DNA of 63,940 nucleotides, counting the filler, from Polymyxa betae A26-41 (Eukaryota; Protista; Endomyxa: Phytomyxea), in NCBI GenBank assembly GCA_003693705.1. It is 6 parts of 6 records of this genome, joined end to end, with 100 filler letters (N's around TTAATTAATTAA, not from the genome) between each part and the next. Parts side by side here need not be neighbours in the genome. Positions count along the whole stretch, not along the records: positions 1 to 30,298 come from RBZT01000814.1; 5 more parts are not named here. One strand, written 5' to 3'. Shown here piece after piece: positions 1 to 10,720 of this stretch. The position numbers and the translations under genes were made by a program. How positions within the stretch are numbered: the first letter of the stretch is position 1; each line of letters begins with the position of its first letter. The notes beneath the pieces are model-generated. The model was not told the origin of the DNA, searched no databases, and saw only the letters and a list, made by a program, of their open reading frames with translations.

Positions 1-328
1 ACCTTATAAATATTATTGTTGAATATGATTTAATTTAAAAGAGAATGGACGTGGGGGTATGTTATGTTTTTTGATGAGGTTTTTTGATGACAGGATTTTT
101 TTTGATATTATTGAAAATGGTATTTTGGAATATCATTTTCGGGAATGGGGGAGGTATATTATCGGTTGAATTATGGGATGGGATTTTGAGGTATAATTTA
201 TGGGATTGATTATGGGTGGAATTTTTGAGGTATAATTTTTTGCGGATTAGGTTATATATATGGGGGCGGGATGGGATAAATTATGGAGGGAAAAGTGGGA
301 CCATTTTCCATACGCAATACCATTCTAC

Positions 329-795
329 TCACCACTTGTTCGAATCCTTGAGAAAAACATCGGTGGGGCGAAAAGCTTTCCAAACAAAATAACTTTTCCC
401 GATGTCGCCGGGGCCGACAATCCAGACATTACGATCCCGTGGGTTACCGGGTAACACAGGCAACTGACGACGACCCATGAACTGGGTACGATCAATCAAA
501 AGAGCATTAGCATTCCGCATACGCATGGACGCATCAATAGAATCCCAATCATCACGACGACACGAAGCGAAGGCATCTTGAGCGAGCTCCTTGAACGGCG
601 TCTTATGAGAGGTCCTAGGCGGACGTTCCCCACGTTCCTCACCGTCCCAAGACGGATTCGGACCCTCTTGAGTCTGCGGTTCCGAGCCTTTCGTACAATA
701 ACAAAAACAATTCCAACGCGAATGCCTGTACGTCGTCTTCTTCCCGCACGGTAACACATTCGTGATAACGTAAAAGTGCGCATCGGGGTCTTTTA
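329..795 (-). pseudogene. CRESS-DNA virus (circovirus-like) Rep fragment, endogenous viral element
   Basis: The translation has DAHF..., a motif III-like YCTKG, an SF3 helicase Walker A (NVWIVGPGDIGKS) and LKDSNKW, matching the K..KWWDGY region of circovirus-like Reps, in the expected order and spacing. HUH motifs I/II and Walker B are not visible. Confidence 0.7.
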
Positions 796-798
796 ATA

Positions 799-885
799 GT
801 GTCATTTTTAGAATAAATTCTAAAAATGACACGTTGTAAGACCCTATAATGCGTCATTTTTTGGTTTGAGTTCTGAAAATGACAC
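799..885. repeat. Perfect 16-bp hairpin plus a second imperfect hairpin with the same core
   Basis: GTGTCATTTTTAGAAT-aa-ATTCTAAAAATGACAC at 799-832; GTCATTTT...AAAATGAC at 853-883. Confidence 0.9.
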
Positions 886-894
886 TCTGGTTTT

Positions 895-2608
895 CTACTG
901 AATGGAACATGGCAGCTAGTCGAAGAACCGAAGGGAAGGAACATCATCGGAGGGAAGTGATGCTTCAAGGCGAAGCGGGATGCTGAAGGGAACATAGTAA
1001 GATGCAAGGCTCGATACGTTGCTCGCGGTTTTACCCAACAGGCCGGCGTCGACTATGATGAGACTTTCTCCCCCGTTGTCTCTCTGACATCTTTGCGATG
1101 CGTGCTCTCGATTGCGGCGGAATCTGGTATGTATCTGCGACAGCTTGACGTCAACACAGCCTTCCTGTATGGCGACCTGGAGGAAGAACTGTACCTTGAG
1201 CAACCAGAAGGCTTCGAACAGGAGACGATCGACGGCAAGAAGGCGGTCTGCCGGCTGCGGAAGGCTATCTACGGCCTAAAGCAAGCTGGGCGGGTATGGT
1301 GGAAACAAGTCGATGAATACCTACAGCAGACGGGCTTTATCAACACTACCAGCGACCCTTGCGTCTACGTTAGCAGCGACGCCGACAGCATCACTATAAC
1401 CTGCATCTACGTCGACGACCTGGTTCTCGCAGCGACTTCAAACAAACGTCTGGACAAGCTCGAAGGACTCCTCCGTCAGAAGTATTCCATGAAGCCGACC
1501 GGTGACCTATCATTTGTTTTAGGAATCAAAATTTCACAAGATCGAGACGCCAAGACGATTACCCTGTCGCAGAGCGCCTACGCGAAGAGTATTCTCGAGC
1601 GATTCGGGATGGAGACCTGTAAACCTCTGACGACGCCTTCTGCGGTGGGAGCGACGCTGACCCGCCACGACGGCGATGTCTCGAAATATCCCTACTCACA
1701 GGCTGTCGGCTCGTTGATGTACTTAATGCAAGGAACAAGACCTGACCTGGCTCATGCGGTTGGAGTCGCGTCACGCTTCAGCAACAATCCAGGTCCTGAG
1801 CACGTCGCTTCTTTAAAGCGGATCATGCGATACCTACAAGGCACGATGGAGTCATCTATCAAGTACGGTGGCCAACCCCAGACACTGACCTGTTATGTCG
1901 ACGCTGACTTCGCGGGCGACGTCGAGGACCGCAAGTCGACGACCGGGTACGTGTTCCTGATGAGCGGAGGTCCCGTCAGCTGGGCCAGCCGGCGACAAGG
2001 GTGTGTCGCTCTGTCGACGACCGAAGCCGAGTACGTGGCCTTGGGGATGGCGACAAGAGAGACTATGTGGCTGCGCACTCTCCTCACCGAGGTGGGCTGC
2101 GCGCAGACGGAGGCCACGCCCATGCACGAGGACAACCAGGGTGCGATCGCGGTGGCGACGAGTGAGAAGTCAAGTCGACGAACGAAGCACATAGACGTGA
2201 AGTACCACTACGTCCGAGAGGCCGTGAAAAAGTGCGCAGTGAAAATTATCCACTGCCCATCGGACATTATGTTGGCGGACATTTTAACTAAGGCGATCCC
2301 GGCACAGCGATTTCAAGACCTACGTGCCCATCTCCTACATGGAAACGTCGCGTCGACGGGTGGGAGTGTAGAATGTGGGCGTCGACCCGACCACTAGTTC
2401 GGAACATTCCAGCCCCCGAACGCGGCCTCCTCCGGATGCCGCCACGGCGTACGAAATAATACAGAATAACAACCGATCCGTGTGTTGATCTAGCCTTCGC
2501 TCCCCACCGTCGTAGAACTTGTTGAAGACGAAGTTAACGGACGATGACGACAGCGGAAACCCAGCCTGGAAGCGGCAGCAAGCAGTCTACGACCAAGGGA
2601 TCTCAACA
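895..2608 (+). mobile_element. 5'-truncated Ty1/Copia retrotransposon (RT-RNase H, PPT, 3' LTR)
   Basis: NGTWQLV, KARYVARGF, QLDVNTAFLYG, IYVDDLV, YVDADFAGD...RKSTTGY, HEDNQGA, KHIDVKYH, LADILTK. In-frame TGA at 958-960. Purine-rich tract before the TG at 2367. Confidence 0.95.
2367..2608 (+). repeat. Copia 3' LTR
   Basis: Starts TGTAGA right after the PPT-like GGGTGGGAG and ends TCAACA. Confidence 0.7.
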
Positions 2609-3309
2609 TCTTGCAACGTTTTTTTCGGCTGCAAAATTTGCATCAGTATCTGATACGACTGGAGAACGTTGGGCATCTCAACCCCATCGTTGATAGGAAA
2701 AAGCCTTGGAGCTGTCGCTGTGATGCATCTCGCCTCCGGATCATTTGAAGGATTGTATTGGATCTACTAGTTTTTTGATTTTGTCAACGGGAAAACGGCG
2801 CCCTTCGCGCAATGCTGATATTACTGAGGCGTCGCCTCAATATCTATCAGGGGACTCTTACTTCCAGTTTCAGAGCCGTTCATTATTTCACAAATTTATG
2901 TTAGTCTAGATCTCGTTCGGCCCTATTAGAAGGACCTAAAGGAGGTTCGAGGAGATAAGGTATTCACCCGCCCCCATAAATCATCTATTACTCCCCTACT
3001 GGGTGTTGCATGTCATGGCGAGCACGACTTGGACCGCTTCTACACGGTAGGAGCGAGCTTCTGTATCAAACGAAGAATTGAGTGTTTTATTTTAATGTTA
3101 TTACTCTGGGTGACATTCCGTATGTGTGTTCTGGTAAAACAGCACAGGCGTCATGCATGATGTGTCATGTGTATCGAAACGTAGGATTGATTTGGATTCG
3201 ACAGGTTTGTTGGTTACAAGGGGCGGTGCTCTATCCATAAGACAAGATCCAGGGAATGCCGATTGCTCAGCATTTAGATTCTCAGGAACTCCTATTTAAG
3301 TTAGAGGAT

Positions 3310-3900
3310 CTAACAGTATTTCACCCATCAATGAAACTATTCTCTTGCTCGGCCCTCTCAGTAGGACCTAGAAGAGTCTCAAGAGGTAGAATAGGCACCC
3401 GCTCAACCCATCATAGACTCGAGCCCTATATTCTATCCCTCTTAAGACTCGCCCTACTGGCTATCCCGGCTTACTATCTTCTTGTTATATATCATATACA
3501 TGCTCGTGCAGTTCGTTAGGAAATCGGCATTGAATTGTTTTGTCGATATAGCGATGTGCTCATCGGAATTTTTGAGGCGTTTTTGGTTTTTTTGGCAGTT
3601 GATCAGTTGATGCTCTATAGATTCTGTGTATCTATTACAGCGTCGAGATGTGTCTTCCATCTCCAAATTAAGTCGCTTTAGGTGGATTCTGGCTCTTGTA
3701 TGACCCGTACGAACCCGATTAAATAATGAGTGATCGTGTTGTACTCGAATATTTACGACTTTGTTTCCGCTTCGGACGGTGATTGATTTGGTCAAGATAT
3801 GTTGCTGGATTCGTTCTGTTCAACACTGTTATTTAAGTAGGTTGGAGATGCTTTTTTTCTCGAACTTCCTGATTTTAAACTGATAAGTCGAGACACGCAG
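3310..3900 (-). mobile_element. Non-LTR retrotransposon (LINE) 3' fragment with degenerate C-terminal zinc knuckle
   Basis: FNRVRTGHTRARIHLKRL...CNRYTESIEHQLINC matches the RLRTGH...C..C...E..EH.L..C end of I/Tad/Jockey-type ORF2. Confidence 0.75.
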
Positions 3901-4229
3901 ATTATTTAGAGATTCTCGATCATCTCTCGATCTGATCCATTCAGATTGATGGCAGACAGTAACGCGATGGTTTCGTTGCATGTATAAAGCCAGCAATCGA
4001 CGGATTCCGATGCCTAAATGCTCACACTGACACCATCATCACCCAAGTGCGGCGATGGCGCGAGCTGCTTCTGCAACAATCTCGCGGATATCGCATCTTG
4101 TTCGGGACATTTCCCGCATTATCCTATTGGCGTCGTTGCAGCGATTCTAACAATCGAATGAGGATCTCAGGATTCCCCAATGGATTAAGATGGAGACGAC
4201 CACACAGCCAGCCTAAGTAGGGAATGTAG

Positions 4230-4313
4230 GCGCGGCCACCTTCCCTGATGTCATCGCGCGGCCTTCTTCTCAATGTCCTGGCGCGGCCTTCTTCGCACAG
4301 TAGTGGCGCGGCC
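4230..4313 (+). promoter_or_regulatory. Phased array of four GCGCGGCC motifs upstream of a gene
   Basis: Motif starts at 4230, 4256, 4281 and 4306, about 75 bp before the ATG at 4389. The regulatory role is inferred. Confidence 0.45.
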
Positions 4314-4388
4314 ATCTCCGCAATGTCGAGAGTAGACTCAGTCGACTGTCGCAGCGCAACCTTCATCGCACTATCGTGGCGCAGCCTG

Positions 4389-7011
4389 ATGCTCTGTTAC
4401 TCGTCGCCCGGCGCTCGTCGTTCTCTCGCATTCGTGCTTCTGTGCCTTGTATTGGTCATGGCGGTATCAACGGGAGGATCCGAAGCAGCATCAGCTCCGG
4501 CCATTGATTGCAGCGAGATGCGCTCTCGCCTTAGGAAAAAGCTCGGGTTTTGCAAGGGCAGATTCGATCTGGACTTCACTCCAGACGAGGAGATGCGAAG
4601 AGACTTTGATCAGTATTTGAAATCGGGGAAAGGAGCGGACGATTTCTCGCTGTATATTGTTCGACAGACTTGGTTTCGGGAGTTTAATGAGTCATATTCA
4701 GGGATCATCACATCCCTTATTCGAACTTGGCTGAATTCCAATTTTGACGACATTGATGTTCGCCTTGGAATTTACTTACGCGGAGTTCCGGACTTCGTCT
4801 TCAACTGCATTGACTGCTGCTCCGGCGGTCTGTTTCACACGCTGATCTGCAGTGTTGGTGCAGTTGGCCCATTAGACCGTTGGCCCTATTCCTTGTTTCG
4901 AATGGTGTTGAGGCGAACGTCATCGGAGGCCTTTCGAGCCCGGACGTGTTCCGGCGAGACGGCCCTACAGTCGTTCTATCAGAACTGCATCTCTCGCGCA
5001 ATTCTGCCGAACAACGATTCCCACAAGGCAGAATCGCAGGCGTATGAGAATATCGATGTCAGCTGTGAACTTGATTGCGTCGATATAATTAGGGTTTCTC
5101 TAGTCTGTGTTGGTCGATCTGGCCGGAGGTCCTGGCCAAGTCCGATCCGCAACAACTGTTGGCCCTTGTTCGGGCGGAATCACAGGACTTGTTGCCGATG
5201 GATTTCGCGCGTATCTTCGCCCCGGCGTTGGCGCAGCTGGAGAAAACCGGCACAGAATATTCGCAGTTTCTGACGCAGCAGGTCGTGGTCGAGCTGGCCC
5301 TGTTTCCAATTGACACGCAGCCATGTCGCTTTGGTGTCATGGATTCTCGGTACTCGGCCTGGGAGTTGTTCTGGTCCGAACTGATTAGGTTCCTGTGCCT
5401 TGCGAATCCGAATCTCGTTCTGTGCGTAAGCTCGGAACAGGTGGAAACGTGGCTGAACAAATTCAAGTCATTTTTCCCAATCATGTAACGTGCATATTAG
5501 CTCATTTCCGCCCAATACGGATCAAACTCATCGTCCGCAGAGTTACTTTCGCCGATTGCCTACGTTTGACCTGTTTAAAAGATCTGATCCGTTGGCTTTT
5601 GTCCGGATCCATATCTCTGGAGGACGTGCTGGCCCATGTCCTGATCCCGAAACGATTCGTGTTCCGCGACTTTGCAGAGGATTTCGTGAACGCTCTTAGG
5701 TACGAACCCGTCCTTGACTGCAGCTTGCTCTGGCAATCTGCTTTTGTCTCTCGGTTGAGAGGATTTTTCCATTAGGGTTTATGGCTTTTCTTTTACATGG
5801 TGGGAATGATGTGGTCGGTCACTGAGTGTCATCTCAGAGCTCCTAAAGGCCTGACGGGGAATTCATCCAGCATGTATCGGCATAGATTTTCGTGTCTTCA
5901 AGAATATTTAATTTCCAATTGCTTGACGTTCTCTTCGGAGTTCGTTTCGGGGACAGGACATGCCTCGGGACGCGCTCTCAAAACTTTTGCAATGTTCTAG
6001 TAGGACGTGTTGTGTGTATCTCGTTAGAGTCCCTCTCATACCGGCCTCTTTCAGCCAGACATCTGAAGTCGAAGCCGTCTATGAAAGCCTGACGACGTCC
6101 TGATCAGCATTTGACACTGTCCGAGCGCGTAACCTCTTCGATCTGGCCACTCTGGCTATGACAGAATTTACGGCCGCTCAGCATGAGAAATTTCAGAAGA
6201 AGTTCGACACGACGGTTCTCCTCTTGGCGCTAGATCATCCGTTGTGGTCGCCTGAGCGCCATACTCCCCGGTTGCTTCGCGTACTCTATAACATCACACT
6301 TAAAACGTTTGCCAGCGCGCGTTACCGCTGCAAGAACATCGTCCTCATGATCATGGGTCATCCATGCTATCGTGAAGAGCTCGAAATGTGGACCATGTCA
6401 GAGATCCGTCGCGTCATCGGTCTGGTTCTCAGCGCCATGTCGAAGTCGGAGTTCCGGCACACTTATAATAAGCTCCCGGATTTGACTGAATGTACTCTTT
6501 GAACACTCTCTTCTTCATCTCGGTTTCCGAGTTTCTTCTCTTCTTCCTCTCTATTTCTAAATTTCTACCTTTGCTGTCTTTTTACTAATCACGTTACGGT
6601 TCCCATTGATTCTGTAACGTAGCCCTCGACTTTAGTCGAAAAGTATCGCGTATGATATCCGCAGCCCGGGTCTCCTCGCAGGAATTGAAACAAGTCAGTT
6701 CTCAATCGTGTGCTCTTTCGATACTCCGTGACCTGATTTCTGAACAGTCGATTCAGTATATCAGTACAGATTGTCCTGTCTGTCTGGGTACAATGCTGCC
6801 TGAGGGCGTTAATGATCCATCCGTAACATTACTACAGTCCATTGCTGTACGAGTTTCGGACTAAACACCATCATAGGATATCAGAAAATGTATCCATGAT
6901 CAAGATCTCGCCAGTACAGCGTGCGGACATTGGTTTCATCTGAAATGCCTCCTGGAAACTGCTCGACAGTTGAATAACTGTCCGAATTGTTCCGCATCTC
7001 TCATGTCCTAA
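4389..7011 (+). CDS. Multi-exon secreted protein with C-terminal RING-H2 finger (candidate E3 ligase effector)
   Basis: Signal peptide-like SLAFVLLCLVLVMAVSTGGSEA. Phase-compatible introns at 5042-5103, 5485-5541, 6492-6622 and 6823-6876. The spliced C-terminus is DCPVCL...ACGHWFHLKCL...NCPNCSASLMS*. Exons in 5700-6150 are unresolved. Confidence 0.72.
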
Positions 7012-7453
7012 AAGCTCGAGGGTAGTTCGGCCCCTTTTTCCCATCACACTGCTAAAGATCGTATTCAGGTGTGTGTACTGCACCGTGGATCCGAACCAGC
7101 AAGTTCATCGATACATAATCATCCGAATACTCTCCAACCGAACTGTAGCATTATTGGATCGACAGATCTTCATGAACGCAAGACTGTCATCACGCTAGGG
7201 TTTTCCGAAACGTTTCTTCGGATGCGAAAAGTTTGCCGCAATAGCTGATTCGACAGGAGAACGGTTGGCATCTGGCAGGGTAAGGAGCTTATAGATTATT
7301 TATCAACATTCAAGGCCGTCGAAGACAGGCTGAAAATCGCATCGCTGATGGGAAAAGGACTTTGGGCTGTCGTTGTGATCTGCATCTCGCCTCTGGATCA
7401 TTTGAGAGCTGGTGACCGATCTTGATGGAGCCACTCCAAGCACGTTCCTTTCG

Positions 7454-7519
7454 TTGAGGCAGCCATTTGCAGAATCGCGATGGAGCCACTCTTGAGGCAG
7501 CCATTTGCAGAATCGCGAT
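7454..7519 (+). repeat. Short tandem duplication (period 38)
   Basis: TTGAGGCAGCCATTTGCAGAATCGCGATG occurs at 7454 and 7492. Confidence 0.85.
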
Positions 7520-8099
7520 GATGTTACAGGCGATGCCGTCGACTCATCGTCACAATCGGTCGTCTCGCCATGGACGACATCACACTTGATCGTTAGGAGA
7601 GTCTGTGGTGACGAAATCATGGCGATCTCTCATGGTCAGGGATTCCTTAATCTCGCTTTCTCCAACGTAGCACTCAAGTAATCGGAGATGGTTATAGTAG
7701 GTCCGCTTCAACTTTGAGTGGAAAAGCAGCGCTGATTGTTGCCATCTGTCGACAGACAAAAGTAGTTTTCTCCATCTTAATCAATCAATGGATTTGGAAT
7801 CTCAACAATCTCATTCGATTATTAAGAAACGCTGCAGCGGCGCCATTCGGATAATGCGGGAAATGTCCCGAACGAGCCTCGATATACGCGAGATTGCTTC
7901 ACAAGCAACTCACGCTCCATCACCGCAGATGGGTGATCATGCGATCAGAAGGGGCATTCGTCCTCGGACTCCGTCGATTGAAAAACTTGCAAAGAAGCGA
8001 TCACGTTATTGTCTGCCATCAACCTGAATGGATCAGATTGAGAGATGGATAGAATACAGAGATAGAGATGATAAGACCCGGATCTTGTAGGTAGACGAT

Positions 8100-10050
8100 C
8101 CAATATGACAGTAATGTTACTGGTCTCACCTTCCTCACATGACTCCGGAATGGATCCTTCAGCACTAAAGTACTTTTATGTCGGTTTCGGAGGAAATCTG
8201 AATGGTCACCAACACGATCAAGAGCTTTACCGAATCGATTTGCTCTGGCGATATTGATTGGACCAATTTCACACAATATAATTCGCAGGTAGGGTTAGGA
8301 GGCGATCCCATTTCTGCAGGCTGCGTCTGCGGATAAATCTAAAAGGAATTAGAGCTAACAAAAACCACATTTCGTTCTGCTCGGAGAGTACCATTCTGAC
8401 AGTAAAAGGCGACCGATTGCAGCCAATGTTTTTTGCGGCAGATCGTGGAAACATCCGAACAGGGGAAAATCGCAGACGCAAAGAGACGTTGAGCTGCAAT
8501 TTATTTAAACAGCGGAAAAGCGGACAATATTCAGATGTAGGACGGAGCCGGGAAACGGCGGCATTTGTCGAGAAACATGGGTTCATTGAATCCGAAATAA
8601 TCAAAGACAACATCGTTGCGGTTCATCGGTAATGCGGCCAGATCGCCTTCATGACGACTCTCCGGATATCGCTTCTGTAACAGAATCCGGAACTTGTTTC
8701 CCGCTCGTAACGGAAACCATTGAAATCGTCGCTGGTTGGAATCATCACGCATTTGCGAGCGCAGCTCATGCAGGTATCGTGTCTGCACATCCGACACGGA
8801 CTTTGCGGACCAATCTTCGGGGTGATCCACGAGCAATGCGAGATGGTACTGCCGCTCCCAGAATTTGAGTCCGGAATGGACCTGATCGTTACTCCGTCCT
8901 ATCAAACCGAGAAGTCCGTGGAGCAGATCGTCGTACTGGAATCGATGCGCGATATGAAACGCCCAATACAGATAGAAGAGATGATCGAGATTGTTCGCCT
9001 CGATCAGGAATTGAATCACGGACCGGACACGGAGTATGGCACGGACTAGATCGATCCGACCCCAATGCACCAGATCGGGGAGAGCCGCGATCATTGAGGT
9101 ATATTGAGGTCCGAAATCATAGGGCCCGGACGTAGATACGGAGCGATTTGAACGAAATCGGAAACGGACAGATCACGATACATTTTCGGCTGTAGAGAGA
9201 CGTGATGTCCGGTCTGGAGTAACGACAACAAAAGTCCGGGATCGTCGCGCATTCGAGCGAGGTCGAGTTCGTTCGTGATGGCCACGAACGACCCGAAACG
9301 GGGGGGAAAATGCAACTCGAGGCGCAGAGGAAGACGAGCCCGATTGTCCGGAGCTCGGGGAAGCGGATCGACCCAGAGCTGGTCCGAATACGGGGGCGGA
9401 ATTCGTCCGAATACGGACAGGTCGTAGGACGTTGCCAGCACGACGATCAGGTCGTCGAAATCCCCGAACGTGGTGAAGTCTGCTCCGAGAAGTCCGCCGA
9501 TGATGTTCCCGGCTACAGATCGATATCCGCAATCATCGACGAGATACTGAATGAAATCCAGTACGACGGATCGGTTCGGAGAATTCGGATCTCCGCCGAA
9601 CCAGCTGAATATGATCCGATCGCTTACATAAAGGCCGTTCGGTTCGGTGAGTTTCGCCTTCATGACGTCCGCGAGCGATGGCGATGGATATCGACTGAGA
9701 AAGTTGAATAAATGCGGATCGAGCTCTGAGCAGAGATGCGTCCGTCCCAGGATCATCTTCATCGTATCAATGATCATCTCATGATCAGAGAAGGGATCCA
9801 GAAGACGCTCGAAGCAGCGTTCCTTGATGCGATATCGAATGAGATCGGCGACCTGATCGTGATAGAACCTGTTAACAGGAGACAGAGCGCGGGCTACATG
9901 CAGGCGGAGATCGCCGACGTGATTCAATACAGCTTCAAAGACCTCCGCAACCCATGCCGACTCCGTCTCCGAACAGACCGACTTCGCGTCCGGGATCGCA
10001 TCCAGAACACCGAACGACACCACGATCGCGATCGTCGCCATCATCATCAT
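8100..10050 (-). CDS. Secreted protein with weak N-terminal F-box-like motif and helical C-terminal region
   Basis: MMMMATIAIVVSFGVLDA signal peptide, then VAEVFEAVLNHVGDLRLHVARALSPVNRFYH. Consecutive minus-strand ORFs 9091-10092 and 8531-9094 are joined by an intron or frameshift. The 3' end is uncertain. Confidence 0.55.
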
Positions 10051-10720
10051 GATCGTGACGAGACGTTTCGCGAATAGGAATCGTCCCAACAATGGAATGG
10101 ATTTTCGCTGATTTATTCATTGTTGGGAAGGATGGGAAGACGAGCGGTCCTTGAACAGATTCCTCATCAGAGAAAGCGCAAAAACAGTTTGAAAGAAATC
10201 GAATCAGGAACTGAATCGCCTCACTGAAAGGAACGGAGCGCTTGTCCACTATCACTGTGAATATATTCACAGTGATCCAGCCACGCCTTACCAGCTGTAT
10301 TTTAGATTTATTCTTTTAAATTATCAACCTTTTTTTAGTAGAAAATATAACAAAAAAAAATCTCCTGTCAGTATGGGAGCTTCCGATCCAGAAAGTTTTG
10401 ACTGGGCGGCTAACTGGGTAGCGCTGTGAGAGCGTTTGATAACGCCAACAATGGATTTTCCGTCAGTCAAACTTCACAACGCTTTCGTATAATACTGGGG
10501 CATTCCCGTCCAAATAATATCCCTATGTTGAAATTGGCCAAAGTACACGAATGCTGTCAGAAACAGAAAATATTCCGGCTGTTTGAGATGATTTCAGCAT
10601 GCAGCATTGATCATAGATTGATACTGAAATGTGAGGTAGAAGCGACGATATTGATGTGTATTACAATCATAGTTTTGTTGACCAAAATCAACCAACAAGA
10701 ATAATCGAATCCAATCATTC

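Noticed and set aside
3184-3210. GGATTGATTTGGATTCGACAGG resembles a tmRNA 5' end
   Set aside because: No matching tRNA-like 3' end or tag frame, and the context is eukaryotic.
4230-4313. Repeat-spacer pattern as a mini-CRISPR
   Set aside because: The repeat is only 8 bp and the spacers resemble each other.
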